A DNA stretch of 5,974 nt from positions 1 to 5,974 of IMG/VR virus record IMGVR_UViG_2541047595_000008; one strand, given 5' to 3'. The DNA is from a virus. Lineage: Duplodnaviria > Heunggongvirae > Uroviricota > Caudoviricetes. Position numbers and translations under genes: made by a program. The notes under the pieces are model-generated. The model was not told the DNA's origin. It was given only the letters and a program-made list of their open reading frames with translations, and searched no databases. Below are positions 5,885 through 5,974 of the stretch, piece by piece (the stretch's first letter is position 1; every line of letters starts with the position of its first letter).

Positions 5885-5974
5885 GGCTTTGTTGAATAAA
5901 TCGAACTTTTGCTGAGTTGAAGGATCAGATCACGCATCTTCCCGACAACGCAGACCGTTCCGTGGCAAAGCAAA
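5885..5974. mobile_element. Terminus of an IS903-group (IS5-family) insertion sequence; element continues beyond the window
   Basis: ggctttgttgaataaatc at 5885..5902 matches my recollection of the 18-bp IS903 terminal inverted repeat. The following ~70 bp (gaacttttgctgagttgaaggatcagatcacgcatcttcccgacaacgcagaccgttccgtggcaaagcaaa) matches the IS903 remnant I remember flanking the Tn903 kanamycin cassette in common vectors. This is from memory, not from a search. Confidence 0.6.

Overview
This window is almost entirely a phage/prophage-type tail-fibre host-range switching locus driven by a serine DNA invertase. The minus strand of 1028..4849 carries eight tandem tail-fibre C-terminal cassettes (A-H), each with no start codon of its own and each preceded by a 26-bp hix/gix/cix-like crossover site. 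All eight sites lie in the same orientation. A ninth variable domain (Sv0) enters the window on the plus strand at 1..411 and is presumably the copy currently fused to the constant 5' part of the fibre gene, upstream of the window. A single tail-fibre assembly (Tfa/U-like) gene at 417..1028 is coupled to cassette A. A Gin/Cin/Hin/Pin/Min-family invertase gene at 4904..5476 flanks the array. A 400-bp ORF-free stretch follows, and the window ends in what I recognise from memory as the terminus of an IS903-group insertion sequence (5885..5974). The nearest described analogue I know is the multiple-inversion Min system of plasmid p15B and the single-segment G/C inversion systems of Mu and P1, but this array has more crossover sites than I recall for any of them. 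All of this rests on reading the sequence and the ORF track; no searches were run.
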